Below are positions 38,753 through 48,206 of a DNA stretch of 64,000 bases, one piece after another. The DNA lies in the sequence record MG752970.1; one strand, 5' to 3'. Numbering within the stretch: position 1 is the first letter of the stretch; every line of letters begins with the position of its first letter. The position numbers and the translations under genes are program-made. Below the pieces are notes generated by a model. That model made no database searches. It saw only the letters and a program-made list of their open reading frames with translations, and had not been told where the DNA came from.

Positions 38753-40330
38753 ATGGTAAAGAATGATGCACTAAAGAAGCCGAACGCCGTGTGGGAGTAC
38801 ACGCCTGAACAAATCCACGAGCTAAATATTTGCCGTAAGGATCCAGTATACTTCATGCGTAAGTATGCAACCGTTCAGCATCCAACTAAGGGCCGCGTTC
38901 CTTTTGATCTATACGATTATCAAGTCGAGATGGTTAAAGCCATCCATGAAAACAGATATACCCTTGCGCTGCTATCACGTCAAATGGGTAAAACAATCAC
39001 CATCGCCATCTACATGTTGTGGTATGCAATGTTCCACGACGATAAAGGATGTCTGATTGCTGCTCACTTGAACGCGCATGCTATGGAAATTATCGATCGC
39101 ATTCGCTACTGTTATGAAGAACTGCCAATGTGGTTGAAGCCTGGCGTAACTAGCTACACAAAACACGAAATCATTTTCGATAACAAATCATCTGTTGTTT
39201 CTCAGGCAACTACAGAAAGAACTGGCCGTGGTTTGTCAATTGCTAAATTATACGTCGATGAATTTGCTTTCATTTCTCCAAGCATTCAACGTAAGTTCTG
39301 GCTATCAATTTCACCAACCCTGTCAACAGGTGGATCATGTGTCATCTCATCTACTCCCAACGGAGATACAGAGATGTTTGCAAAGTTCTACCGACAAGCA
39401 CTCACTAACAGCGGAACGCTGAACTGGAAGTTAGTAGAGTATAAGTGGGATAGCCACCCAGACAGAGATGAAAAATGGGCAGAGCAAACCAAGTTTACGA
39501 TGAGTGAACTTGAATGGGCACAGGAACATGAATGCCAATTCGTATCAAGTGATCCATTGCTTATCGATTCGCTTGTTCTTCAATCAATTCAAACACGCAA
39601 ACCTCTTCTTGAAAGAGAAGGATTTAAATTTTGGATTAAGCAACCAGATCCGACCAAGTCCTATTTCGTTGCAATCGATATCGCAACTGGCGTAGAGAGA
39701 GATTATTCTACAATACAAGTTATTGAAGTACCTACACTGAAACAGGTAATCGAATATCGATCAAACACCGTGAAGACAAATGAACTTTACGCTAGAATGA
39801 AGTCAGTTCTGCAGTTCCTGACTAAACCTAGCATGCAGCATGGTGTTATGAAGACCGCTGAGGTGTACTGGAGCTTCGAGAATAACGGAGTAGGTCAGTC
39901 TATTGATGCACTATATCGAAACGACGAATCATTCCCAGAGGCTTCTATTGTGTCCACAAAGCCAGGTAAACACGGTATTGTTACATCCGATAAGAGCAAG
40001 CTTGCAGCATGTAATGATTTGAAACAGCTCATCGAGAAAATGAATGGCGGACAGCTTATCAACTCAGAGGATCTATTAAACGAGTTGAAGAACTTTGTGG
40101 TGAAGGGAGGTGGATATGCAGCTAAAGCCGGATCAACCGATGACTTGATCGCCGCACTTTTGGTTGTGATGCAGATGTTTAAGAAGTATTCTTCATACGA
40201 ACCTGAGCTTCATCAAACATTGTACAGTCATGATAAGTTCGATCTTGAGAAAGACATCATACTTCCAGATGCAATAGCTCAAGCTAAAAAGGACCAGTTC
40301 GGTGAAGAACCAGTCCCATTCATTATGTAA
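38753..40330 (+). CDS. terL: Terminase large subunit (T4 gp17-like)
   Basis: SRQMGKT, YVDEFAF, SSTPNG, IDIATG, TDDL; GATAAATA at 38715-38722. Confidence 0.95.
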   Translation: MVKNDALKKPNAVWEYTPEQIHELNICRKDPVYFMRKYATVQHPTKGRVPFDLYDYQVEMVKAIHENRYTLALLSRQMGKTITIAIYMLWYAMFHDDKGCLIAAHLNAHAMEIIDRIRYCYEELPMWLKPGVTSYTKHEIIFDNKSSVVSQATTERTGRGLSIAKLYVDEFAFISPSIQRKFWLSISPTLSTGGSCVISSTPNGDTEMFAKFYRQALTNSGTLNWKLVEYKWDSHPDRDEKWAEQTKFTMSELEWAQEHECQFVSSDPLLIDSLVLQSIQTRKPLLEREGFKFWIKQPDPTKSYFVAIDIATGVERDYSTIQVIEVPTLKQVIEYRSNTVKTNELYARMKSVLQFLTKPSMQHGVMKTAEVYWSFENNGVGQSIDALYRNDESFPEASIVSTKPGKHGIVTSDKSKLAACNDLKQLIEKMNGGQLINSEDLLNELKNFVVKGGGYAAKAGSTDDLIAALLVVMQMFKKYSSYEPELHQTLYSHDKFDLEKDIILPDAIAQAKKDQFGEEPVPFIM

Positions 40331-40331
40331 A

Positions 40332-41087
40332 TTAGTTAACGTACCAATGATCCAGGTGTGACTTGATGTAGTTCATTGAGTGAATACCTGGATCAAGCGT
40401 CTTCATTCCGCTTCCTTTCATTCTCTGAATGGTGCGAGCACCTATAGGATTCTCAACACCTGAAGTAAAGAAGCTACTCATTCTGCGATATGCAGCCTGA
40501 ATTGCTGAATCAGTTAATTCACCATCATTGTTATCTACTTCAAGGAATGTATGGAACTTTGCCTTGTAGTATTTTTTGTTAGCATCTGCTAAAGCATAAA
40601 CCGAACGAATGAATTGCTCATTCACGTGTCTGTCTCTAGTAGCAGCTCTCTTTAACGCAGTTTCAATATCAGTATTGATCCACACCATCGCGGTGTCATA
40701 TCCGAATGATTCAAGGATACCATTTCTAGCAACCAATGCTTCAATATTGGAGCTTGTGCTATCAATGAAAAGAGGAAGCATGCCGTTAATATACTGCGCC
40801 AACTGTTCTTTGGTTATTTGCTTCGCCTTATCGAGGAAGAAATTCTGAAATGATTCCTTTTCCTGCTCAAAACTTTGGCCTATAGAAATACCAGCATGCT
40901 TTGAAAGAAATTCAAATGCAATGTCAGTGTTTACTATGCGTGGTGAAATAGAACCAGATGAAAGAGCTTTAGACACATATGTCTTGCCTGCACCGGGAGT
41001 ACCAGCAAAGAATACAGATTTGAAAATTCCACGATCTTCAATGCCTTCTAACAGGTATTCTTTAAATGTTGTCATGGCATACCCCAC
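40332..41087 (-). CDS. P-loop kinase (zeta/AAA_33-like) with capsid-targeting-like N-terminus
   Basis: MTTFKEYLLE; GTPGAGKT; IDST; ALKRAATRDR. Confidence 0.72.
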   Translation of the reverse strand: MGYAMTTFKEYLLEGIEDRGIFKSVFFAGTPGAGKTYVSKALSSGSISPRIVNTDIAFEFLSKHAGISIGQSFEQEKESFQNFFLDKAKQITKEQLAQYINGMLPLFIDSTSSNIEALVARNGILESFGYDTAMVWINTDIETALKRAATRDRHVNEQFIRSVYALADANKKYYKAKFHTFLEVDNNDGELTDSAIQAAYRRMSSFFTSGVENPIGARTIQRMKGSGMKTLDPGIHSMNYIKSHLDHWYVN

Positions 41088-41797
41088 AATTCTATCTTCA
41101 GTTGATGAATGAAGCTTGATTCTTTAGATGAAAATCTTCGATTCTTACCTGCATTGATAGCGTAATATTCATCAGTCAACAAATAAATTTCGTGCTTACC
41201 ATGGAAAGGATTGCTTGATTCATCGTAATGCTGCTCTAAAACATTTTTAAGCTCGCTGACCATGTATTCGAATTCGTCTGGATCTAAAATGTTTTGTGCT
41301 GCTTGTAGAGGTACCTGCTGAATCTGAGAATTTTGTTTCATCAATCTATTCCACACAGCCTCTACATGTATAAATGAATCATAAACGTCTTCATCCCACA
41401 GCATATCGTATGGACCAATAGGGAATACAATGTACAAACTGCCACTATTTCCGGCATATTCCATTGCTTGCTCACGTTGATTGGTGGTGAACACCGCTCT
41501 ATCGCGCGCGCCCTTTATACCAGTTTTGTCTTCAATGATTTCATTCCACAAATCGTGCAACCATTGTGGTGAATCAGTAGGAATTCTGTTCTTTGCTGCT
41601 GCAAACCGATGCATGTCACCGAACTCGTCGTTAAATTCGGCTCTTATTCCTCTGTAAAGAAAATTACCGGATTGCGAGTCGCGCAAATATTCTTGGCAAT
41701 CCCGCTTGATAAGCTTAGAGATTGCCGAAAGTTTATTCATGTCATCTACATCGACGACAGGAGTTTCAGTTAAAAATTGCTTGAACGTTTGATTCAT
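41072..41797 (-). CDS. Putative ADP-ribosyltransferase-fold protein with capsid-targeting-like N-terminus
   Basis: MNQTFKQFLTE; LYRG, FTTN, HEIYL (R-S/T-E triad pattern). Confidence 0.5.
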   Translation of the reverse strand: MNQTFKQFLTETPVVDVDDMNKLSAISKLIKRDCQEYLRDSQSGNFLYRGIRAEFNDEFGDMHRFAAAKNRIPTDSPQWLHDLWNEIIEDKTGIKGARDRAVFTTNQREQAMEYAGNSGSLYIVFPIGPYDMLWDEDVYDSFIHVEAVWNRLMKQNSQIQQVPLQAAQNILDPDEFEYMVSELKNVLEQHYDESSNPFHGKHEIYLLTDEYYAINAGKNRRFSSKESSFIHQLKIELWGMP

Positions 41798-42216
41798 TGT
41801 TGCTCGTCATCATCCTCATGTGGATCTTCTTCAGTGATACCATCACGCAGCTTCTTAAGCTTCTTCTGTTCGTAAATATCCTCTAGACCCAGATATTCCT
41901 TAGTATGATTGACAACGAAGCGGTGCTGTTCATCCGGCACCTTAACATACGTTGAGTACCCCTCACCACGTACTACGACTCTGTCCTTTTGGCGGTGATT
42001 CAATAGCTCATATGCTAGATGATGGAACCCATCAACAACCAGATAAGATCCATCATCCATTTGCCAAACACCAATAGGCTTATCAATGTTAACATTGCGA
42101 TCGTAATAAAGATCATCAATAGCTTGTTTCAATTTGGACTTTGGTATTACGAGTTCAGCGAAGTCCTGATCTGGAATTTTGTCTAGTGATTCTAGAATAT
42201 AATCCGAAAATTTCAT
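41794..42216 (-). CDS. ParB/Srx-like domain protein
   Basis: MKFSDYILE; PIGVWQMDDGSYLVVDGFHH. Confidence 0.6.
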   Translation of the reverse strand: MKFSDYILESLDKIPDQDFAELVIPKSKLKQAIDDLYYDRNVNIDKPIGVWQMDDGSYLVVDGFHHLAYELLNHRQKDRVVVRGEGYSTYVKVPDEQHRFVVNHTKEYLGLEDIYEQKKLKKLRDGITEEDPHEDDDEQQ

Positions 42217-42234
42217 TTGATAAGCCTTGTTTAA

Positions 42235-42771
42235 TTATTCTGCGCCTACAACAGGGGTTGAAGTGCCTGAAGATGGAACAGCATCACCTTGATCAACTTC
42301 ATAGATATGAATAACACGATCTAGAAGAGAGTTGATGATAACCGATAGTTGAGATAGTGACATCACCTTATAAGAGGTAACGATAGGTTCGCCGTCATCA
42401 ACATCATTTACTGCGTAGAAGTTGTTCATACCAACTGCAACGGTTGAATCGAGGCGCTTGATTAGTTTCTCATTCGTAGTAAACATGTAGCGAACATGAT
42501 CTTCACCCTTCTTGCCGTGTACAATGACAGTAGCATTTGGGTTCTTTGTTGGATTGTAGTTAGCCCACATCCAGGTTGCTAGCTTGTATGGGCTATTAAT
42601 AACTTCGTCAGTGTATGAGAAGAGTCTGTCATTGTCAACAAACACTCCAGTCTGCTCTAGACGTGAAATTAACTGAGCAGACAACTTAACATCTCCCATA
42701 CCAGCATTTTCTGAAAGCTGACCATCTTCCGTAATAGGAGCATTGATCAGACCTTTAAGCATATCAAACAT
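42235..42771 (-). CDS. Hypothetical protein
   Basis: ORF with GGAG RBS. Confidence 0.6.
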   Translation of the reverse strand: MFDMLKGLINAPITEDGQLSENAGMGDVKLSAQLISRLEQTGVFVDNDRLFSYTDEVINSPYKLATWMWANYNPTKNPNATVIVHGKKGEDHVRYMFTTNEKLIKRLDSTVAVGMNNFYAVNDVDDGEPIVTSYKVMSLSQLSVIINSLLDRVIHIYEVDQGDAVPSSGTSTPVVGAE

Positions 42772-42816
42772 GGTAATTCTCCAATAAGTAATTAGTTTTA
42801 TTTAAAGTATTCCAGT

Positions 42817-43473
42817 TTAACCTTTGGCTGCAGCCATGAGAGCATTTGCCGCTTTCATTGCCTTGTTCTGAGCTCTACGAACTTTACCAAAACACTCTTT
42901 AATTTTGTGTGCAACTTGCTTGACTAGATCCATAATGTTGGCTTCATCTAGAGGGCCGTCTGATACCACTCCCTTAACATGTGCAAGCATAGAAATCAAC
43001 TCATCATTTGACATAACCTTGATGTCTGATGCGAGCTTTGCTAGCTTAGGATCAATCAGATTCAATGACTTCTTTGTATCGCTTGTAGTCATTGCTTCTT
43101 TATACTCTTCAAGAACCTTTACTTGTTCTTCATTGACAAGCTCCAATGCTCTTGCATAAATTTTAGAATATGCTACGCCTGTTGTCTTGCGGCTTTTAAA
43201 CTCCAGCATTGCGTTCTTTACCAATAGCGTTTTTGATTCTTCCTTCTCAACAACTGGAAGTAGAATCGATTCTAGCTCAGTTGAACGCGCTGCTATTTTC
43301 TTGGTGAGAGCCGTAAGAACTTCTGTTTGAGCTTGAAGAAGCTTCCATTCTTCTGTAAGCTTCGCAATTTCTTTCTTAGTAAGCTTAAGCTCCTTAGCTT
43401 CTTCTGCTTCCTTAGCTGTCAGCTCATCCTTTTTCTTGGCTGCAGCTTCCATTAGAAACTGTTTGAGTCTCAT
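42817..43473 (-). CDS. Helical hypothetical protein, possible internal head protein
   Basis: MRLKQFLME N-terminus; K/E/A-rich. Confidence 0.6.
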   Translation of the reverse strand: MRLKQFLMEAAAKKKDELTAKEAEEAKELKLTKKEIAKLTEEWKLLQAQTEVLTALTKKIAARSTELESILLPVVEKEESKTLLVKNAMLEFKSRKTTGVAYSKIYARALELVNEEQVKVLEEYKEAMTTSDTKKSLNLIDPKLAKLASDIKVMSNDELISMLAHVKGVVSDGPLDEANIMDLVKQVAHKIKECFGKVRRAQNKAMKAANALMAAAKG

Positions 43474-43913
43474 TGATCTAGTCCTTGTAGGGATTTTAAT
43501 AGGGTATTTCTGTCAGTCACGATCAGATTGTTATTGATCGTACCTGCTTCTTGTTTTGGTTGACTACGTAGACGATCCTTATTTGCCTTATTGGTAGAAC
43601 GCTGTGACGTGCTGTCAAGAGCGATCTTAAGGAACTGGGCCGCAACTTCGGCGTTACGGGCTGCCTTAGATGGATCGATTGTAGCTGCTATCTCTTGCTG
43701 ATACTCATATGCTTCCATAGCGGTTTCAAATACCGTCTGAAGCTGTTCCTTGATTACTCCATCTTCTTCATCAGGAACAATTGGAACATCCTGCTGAGTA
43801 GCAACAGGCATAGTAGCCTGAACTGGGGATAAAGTGGTACCCGATTCGATGTTCAAAACATCTTCGAGCGGTGATGACATGAATTTTTGGATTTGTTCAT
43901 TCATAGGATGCAT
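43470..43913 (-). CDS. Terminase small subunit-like protein
   Basis: Helical core, AEVAAQFLKIALD, C-terminal NNNLIV.DRNTLL; near terL. Confidence 0.55.
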   Translation of the reverse strand: MHPMNEQIQKFMSSPLEDVLNIESGTTLSPVQATMPVATQQDVPIVPDEEDGVIKEQLQTVFETAMEAYEYQQEIAATIDPSKAARNAEVAAQFLKIALDSTSQRSTNKANKDRLRSQPKQEAGTINNNLIVTDRNTLLKSLQGLDQ

Positions 43914-43954
43914 CCTTTCAACTACGTATTTATTAGTCTGAAAGGATACTGTCG

Positions 43955-44389
43955 CTATTTCTTGGTAAGGAACATGTCGTTCTCAGTAAGGATTCTAAAA
44001 TTCCAACCATGCTGTGCACAAAATTGCTGTGCTGCTTCGAATTTTGCATGATTAATTGCTATAGCCGCAAGATCATATGCAGAAGATTTCTTAGTCTGCT
44101 TGACGTGCTTCATAGGTTTAACCTCGCATAGATCGCATTTTACGTTACCATCCTTGTCTTTGTACACTATAAAGAGATCCGGGATGTACTTGTGAACCTT
44201 TCCGTCAGTAGGTTTAATATACGGAATGCTTATCTCTTCTGATGCCCATCTGAGAATGTTTACATTGCTGTCTAGGAATACGAACGCATTTCTTTCCCAC
44301 GAACTCATGTAGCGTATCGTTGATGGATCACCTAGATACTTCTCAGGATGTTTCGGTACGAATGTTCCTTTTGCCGTTCCCATAATCAA
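43955..44389 (-). CDS. gp4: Head completion nuclease (T4 gp4/TnsA-like)
   Basis: PEKYLGD..IRYMSSWE, WASEE..IPY, YIPD, EVKP, NHAKFEAA, LTEND. Confidence 0.88.
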   Translation of the reverse strand: MIMGTAKGTFVPKHPEKYLGDPSTIRYMSSWERNAFVFLDSNVNILRWASEEISIPYIKPTDGKVHKYIPDLFIVYKDKDGNVKCDLCEVKPMKHVKQTKKSSAYDLAAIAINHAKFEAAQQFCAQHGWNFRILTENDMFLTKK

Positions 44390-45630
44390 CCAAATAGATC
44401 TGAAATGTCAGACTTAAATGAACTTGCAGTATCCTGTGCAATCGTTTTAATCTGACTCTGAATGTCATTAACCGTTGTATTGACACCGGCTACTGCCTGA
44501 TTAACCAAACCTTTAGCATCCAATAGACTGTTTTTCATCTGCGCTACTATAGGGGATATACTGGAATTAACAACACCGGATCCACCTGCTGCACCAAAAA
44601 CATCTGCTAGACTATCCAACCCAGTAGTACCACTTGAACCACCAGAGCTGCTCTCACTAGCGATTGCCGATTGAGATGGAAGATTCTGATTTTCAACTGG
44701 AACAATACCACCTGGGGTATTCCCTAGAATGTCATATGCTCCCCAGTTAGTCATAGGAGTTCCTGTAGGAGTTCCATCTAGCATTAGCAATGCGTCATAA
44801 CTGAATTGACACGTAATCATGTTACCCTGAGAGTCTTCATGATCTACCGTATCAAAATCAAAGCTCTCAATACGTGGATTAACGAACTGAAACACATTAG
44901 CTCTCTGTCCATTTGCATACACCTGAGTAATAGACAATGATCGCAGAACGTTGATGTTACCATTCTCTAATGGTCCTAAGCTAGCAGAGGATCCAAAAGC
45001 ACCTGGTGGAACAAATGACATACCACTATCCTCGTACATAATGGGATCAACTCCACCTCTAGAGATAGGTGAGTAAGCCTGTCTGTAAGCTTCAAAGAAG
45101 TCCATTACCTTATTCTGAATGTCATCGTAGAACGTCATGGACAATGGTTCATGTCTTATTGCACGAAGAACCTTCGTCTTGAAGTTGTACATGTTGACGT
45201 CTTCATACTCGAAACTAATCTTAGGACGATCAACCATCTTAACGACATAGGTAAACTCCTGACCTATTCTTTGGTTGTACGGATCATTGAAGCTGAACAT
45301 TACCTTGAAGATAAACTTCTGTTTTGGTGCGTAGATAAGAGTATCAGATGCATAGTTAGGTGCACCTGTAGTGTTATCCGTTCCTTGAGAGATAACACCA
45401 AACACCCCAGAGGTAGCAGAGTTGATGGCCTCTCCTAAAACATTCTGTCCTGCTTGTTTCAAAGCACCAGTAAAACCTGAACCACCATTCATTATGGAGT
45501 TGGTTATTGAACCAGCTGCTAAACCAAGACCAGAATCACGCATGAACTCATCTACCTGAGCTCCAAATGCCTGAAAAGCCTTCTGCTGTAGTTGAACACC
45601 TTGTCCACTTATAAAATCGGAGACGTCCAT
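44386..45630 (-). CDS. Tail tube/baseplate protein (T4 gp19/gp48/gp54 superfamily)
   Basis: PKQKF.F.V.F, VDRPKI, EPLSMTFYDD, NPRIESFDFD. Confidence 0.72.
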   Translation of the reverse strand: MDVSDFISGQGVQLQQKAFQAFGAQVDEFMRDSGLGLAAGSITNSIMNGGSGFTGALKQAGQNVLGEAINSATSGVFGVISQGTDNTTGAPNYASDTLIYAPKQKFIFKVMFSFNDPYNQRIGQEFTYVVKMVDRPKISFEYEDVNMYNFKTKVLRAIRHEPLSMTFYDDIQNKVMDFFEAYRQAYSPISRGGVDPIMYEDSGMSFVPPGAFGSSASLGPLENGNINVLRSLSITQVYANGQRANVFQFVNPRIESFDFDTVDHEDSQGNMITCQFSYDALLMLDGTPTGTPMTNWGAYDILGNTPGGIVPVENQNLPSQSAIASESSSGGSSGTTGLDSLADVFGAAGGSGVVNSSISPIVAQMKNSLLDAKGLVNQAVAGVNTTVNDIQSQIKTIAQDTASSFKSDISDLFG

Positions 45631-45694
45631 TTTTCGTCCTTTAAATAGATAAGGTATTTATTCTATGTACATCAATTCATTTTGGAAGACTTTT

Positions 45695-46243
45695 ATGGTA
45701 AAGAAACTATTAGTGGCAGCTATTCTAGCATGCAGCACTACCTCATTTGCAGCAATGCAAGAAGACGTTTACTTCTCACCAAACGGTGGAGTAGAAGCTC
45801 AGATCGTTAAGTACATCGGTGAAGCTCAGACTTCTTTGTACATTGCGGCCTACAACTTTACGTCAGATGCTGTAGGTGATGCTCTAGTTGCTGCTAGCAA
45901 GAGAGGCGTCAAGGTACATGCCGTTATTGACAGCAAGGCAGCGGTTCAACGCAACAATCAAGTCTGCAAAATTGCTGCAGCGGGTGCAGATGTTCTTATA
46001 GACAACAAACATCCAATTCATCACAACAAGTACATCATCGTTGATGAAAAGAATGTTGAGACCGGCAGCTTCAATTATTCAGGAAACGCTGAACATAAGA
46101 ATGCAGAGAACGCTCTCTTCCTAAGAGGAGATCCTACTCTAGCAGCAAAATATATTCAAGCTTTTGGTACTCACTACGCGCATTCGATTAAACCGAATTG
46201 CTCATCAAGTGCTACAAGCTCTGGATCAGCAGGCGATTTCTAA
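45695..46243 (+). CDS. Phospholipase D-family nuclease (Nuc-like) with signal peptide
   Basis: MVKKLLVAAILACSTTSFA signal; YFSP; single HNKYIIVD...GSFN motif. Confidence 0.85.
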   Translation: MVKKLLVAAILACSTTSFAAMQEDVYFSPNGGVEAQIVKYIGEAQTSLYIAAYNFTSDAVGDALVAASKRGVKVHAVIDSKAAVQRNNQVCKIAAAGADVLIDNKHPIHHNKYIIVDEKNVETGSFNYSGNAEHKNAENALFLRGDPTLAAKYIQAFGTHYAHSIKPNCSSSATSSGSAGDF

Positions 46244-46248
46244 TCAAC

Positions 46249-46275
46249 AAGGGAGCTTCTGCTCCCTTTCTTTTT
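46249..46275 (+). terminator. Rho-independent terminator
   Basis: aagggagc-ttct-gctccctt plus T tract. Confidence 0.8.
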
Positions 46276-46310
46276 GCTAACTAGGCGACTAGTTAATCGC
46301 ATTTCACCAA

Positions 46311-46745
46311 CTAAATATCCACATCTGTACCGCAAGGTAATAGTGACCCCATGCTGTGGTTGGATGCAGACGAATAGCAGCATTCGCTTTGGTTCAAGCG
46401 ATCGGTAACGATTAAGACACGAGTTAAAAGCTAAGTTAGAACGCTCCTATCGATTACGAATCGATCGTAATCATGCGCGGGCTGGGAGTCTGAAGTGTAA
46501 GGGCACCAAGAATAAACAGGATAGCTCATAATCCATTCGTCGAGAGACGTGGTAGGTCACGAACCGAATTTCGTCCTGATAATTTACTGGCTAATGTTGA
46601 GGGTGTGGTGAGACTCGACTGATCTAGTCAGACCCTTAATCGAGTCGTCTACCTTTTGATTCGATTGCATTCTGAGAGCGTTTAACATCCTCTTGAATGA
46701 ATCTCTTAATATGGTAAGAGATAGCCCGCGCTGTATCCGGATGCT
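46311..46745 (+). ncRNA. Candidate large structured non-coding RNA (family unknown)
   Basis: No ORF of 60 aa or more; CTAAATA at 46311; three GNRA-capped hairpins; 9-bp long-range helix; predicted pseudoknot. Confidence 0.55.
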
Positions 46746-46751
46746 TTTGTT

Positions 46752-47060
46752 CTAAGCACGAAACGCATCTAGCTGCTGATCGTAAGAGTAAATGAATCGT
46801 GTAGCCCACTTTTCAGCAATCATGATGCTGTTCCACGATGATTTAACAACCTCAACATACGCGTCATCCACTATCTCTATGATGTACAGCATCTTCCCAT
46901 CCTCATGATAGCTGTAGGAATAGTCAACGCATAGTTCGTTCAATAGTTTCTGATGAGAAGTGTAAGCGTCTGAGACAAAGAAAGGTTCAGCCCTATTCAT
47001 TCGCCGAATTGTTTTACTTAGTAATTGCATTTTAATCTCCCTCCATAACATGGCATCCAT
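46752..47060 (-). CDS. Hypothetical protein
   Basis: ORF in operon. Confidence 0.5.
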   Translation of the reverse strand: MDAMLWREIKMQLLSKTIRRMNRAEPFFVSDAYTSHQKLLNELCVDYSYSYHEDGKMLYIIEIVDDAYVEVVKSSWNSIMIAEKWATRFIYSYDQQLDAFRA

Positions 47061-47521
47061 ATAACAGGTTCTGCTTGTGCAGCCGCATCGTGAAGTATCT
47101 TCACGTTAATAATGAAATTGTTGGTACCTACTATGTCATACACTGTCTCACCAACTTTAATTCCTTTGATGAGATTGTTGGGTGAGATGCAAGCAGTAGT
47201 TTGAAAATGATTCTCTCTGATATCAGGAGTGCGATGAGTATGAGGCTTGACACCAATACCAGGAGGAACGCAATATACGAGCATGAAGTCAAGATACTCC
47301 AGACCCAGTGCTTCAACAACTCTCATTGGAAGATCATTTTCTAATTCATGCGGCTCGTATACGTTTCGATTCCTGGCGGCTGCTCCCAGATCTTTACCGG
47401 AGAAATTAACTGCTATGAGAGGTGAATCACAAGAAGGATCTTTCTTTCCCACTAGACCTTTGAAGTAATCGAATTCTGATTGGTTAAACTCGATTGCAAT
47501 TGGATTTCGAAGCACTAACAT
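47018..47521 (-). CDS. Cupin/2OG-Fe(II) oxygenase-like protein
   Basis: PPG..VKPHTH and distal LHDA metal-ligand pattern. Confidence 0.5.
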   Translation of the reverse strand: MLVLRNPIAIEFNQSEFDYFKGLVGKKDPSCDSPLIAVNFSGKDLGAAARNRNVYEPHELENDLPMRVVEALGLEYLDFMLVYCVPPGIGVKPHTHRTPDIRENHFQTTACISPNNLIKGIKVGETVYDIVGTNNFIINVKILHDAAAQAEPVIWMPCYGGRLKCNY

Positions 47522-47522
47522 A

Positions 47523-48137
47523 TTAATTCAAGACCGTAATGTTGCGGTCAACAAACCATTCTTGGAGTTCAAACACCGAATCAAAATCAATTATCTTCGT
47601 TCCACCTAGTTCTATGATACGAATCTTCCCTGTATTTACGTCCTTGAATACTCGATAACCGGTTTTATCTTCATCGAAATTAATTCTGAATCTGTATTTG
47701 GTATCTAGCATTCGATACACATCGTCAACATGCAAACTGCAGTTTGACATGTAAATTTCGGTTTTATCTGATGGAAGCTCTTCCAAATAATCAATGAACT
47801 TAGGAATGTCAAGAATGCTTTTACGAATGTAAATTCCACCATTGATTTTCTTGGGTAACGATGAAAAATCCAAAATAGAAATCTGTCGTATACTAAGTTC
47901 AAAGCACTCAAGCACATCAAATGGAGCAGGTTTAAGCACATCGTACGCAATTCCAGAACCATATCTAATCACTCTTCCTGGAAAACCAATGGCATTATGA
48001 TCCTTAAGCTGCTTCTTAATGCTATCCCACTCCATATCCGTCACATCATTGTCTCTAAGATCCAGAATCTGTATGTTGTGAGCAATCCAGTCCAATTGTT
48101 CCTGCAATTTGTCGGTTGCAATTTCTAATAGCTTCAT
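47523..48137 (-). CDS. FDxQDW-domain family protein, long form (dispersed copy)
   Basis: MKLLEI; LRR-like ILDFSSLPKKI; SVFELQEWFVDR; TAAATA at 48158-48163. Confidence 0.75.
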   Translation of the reverse strand: MKLLEIATDKLQEQLDWIAHNIQILDLRDNDVTDMEWDSIKKQLKDHNAIGFPGRVIRYGSGIAYDVLKPAPFDVLECFELSIRQISILDFSSLPKKINGGIYIRKSILDIPKFIDYLEELPSDKTEIYMSNCSLHVDDVYRMLDTKYRFRINFDEDKTGYRVFKDVNTGKIRIIELGGTKIIDFDSVFELQEWFVDRNITVLN

Positions 48138-48206
48138 AACTATCCTTATGTTTGAAATATTTATGCCATGATTAGACTGTAAATATTCCTACTAAGAGGA
48201 ATTAAA

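Noticed and set aside
46311-46745. Group I intron, tmRNA or RNase P identity for the structured region
   Set aside because: No interrupted gene, no tRNA-like ends, no convincing P4/P7 signatures; kept as unknown ncRNA
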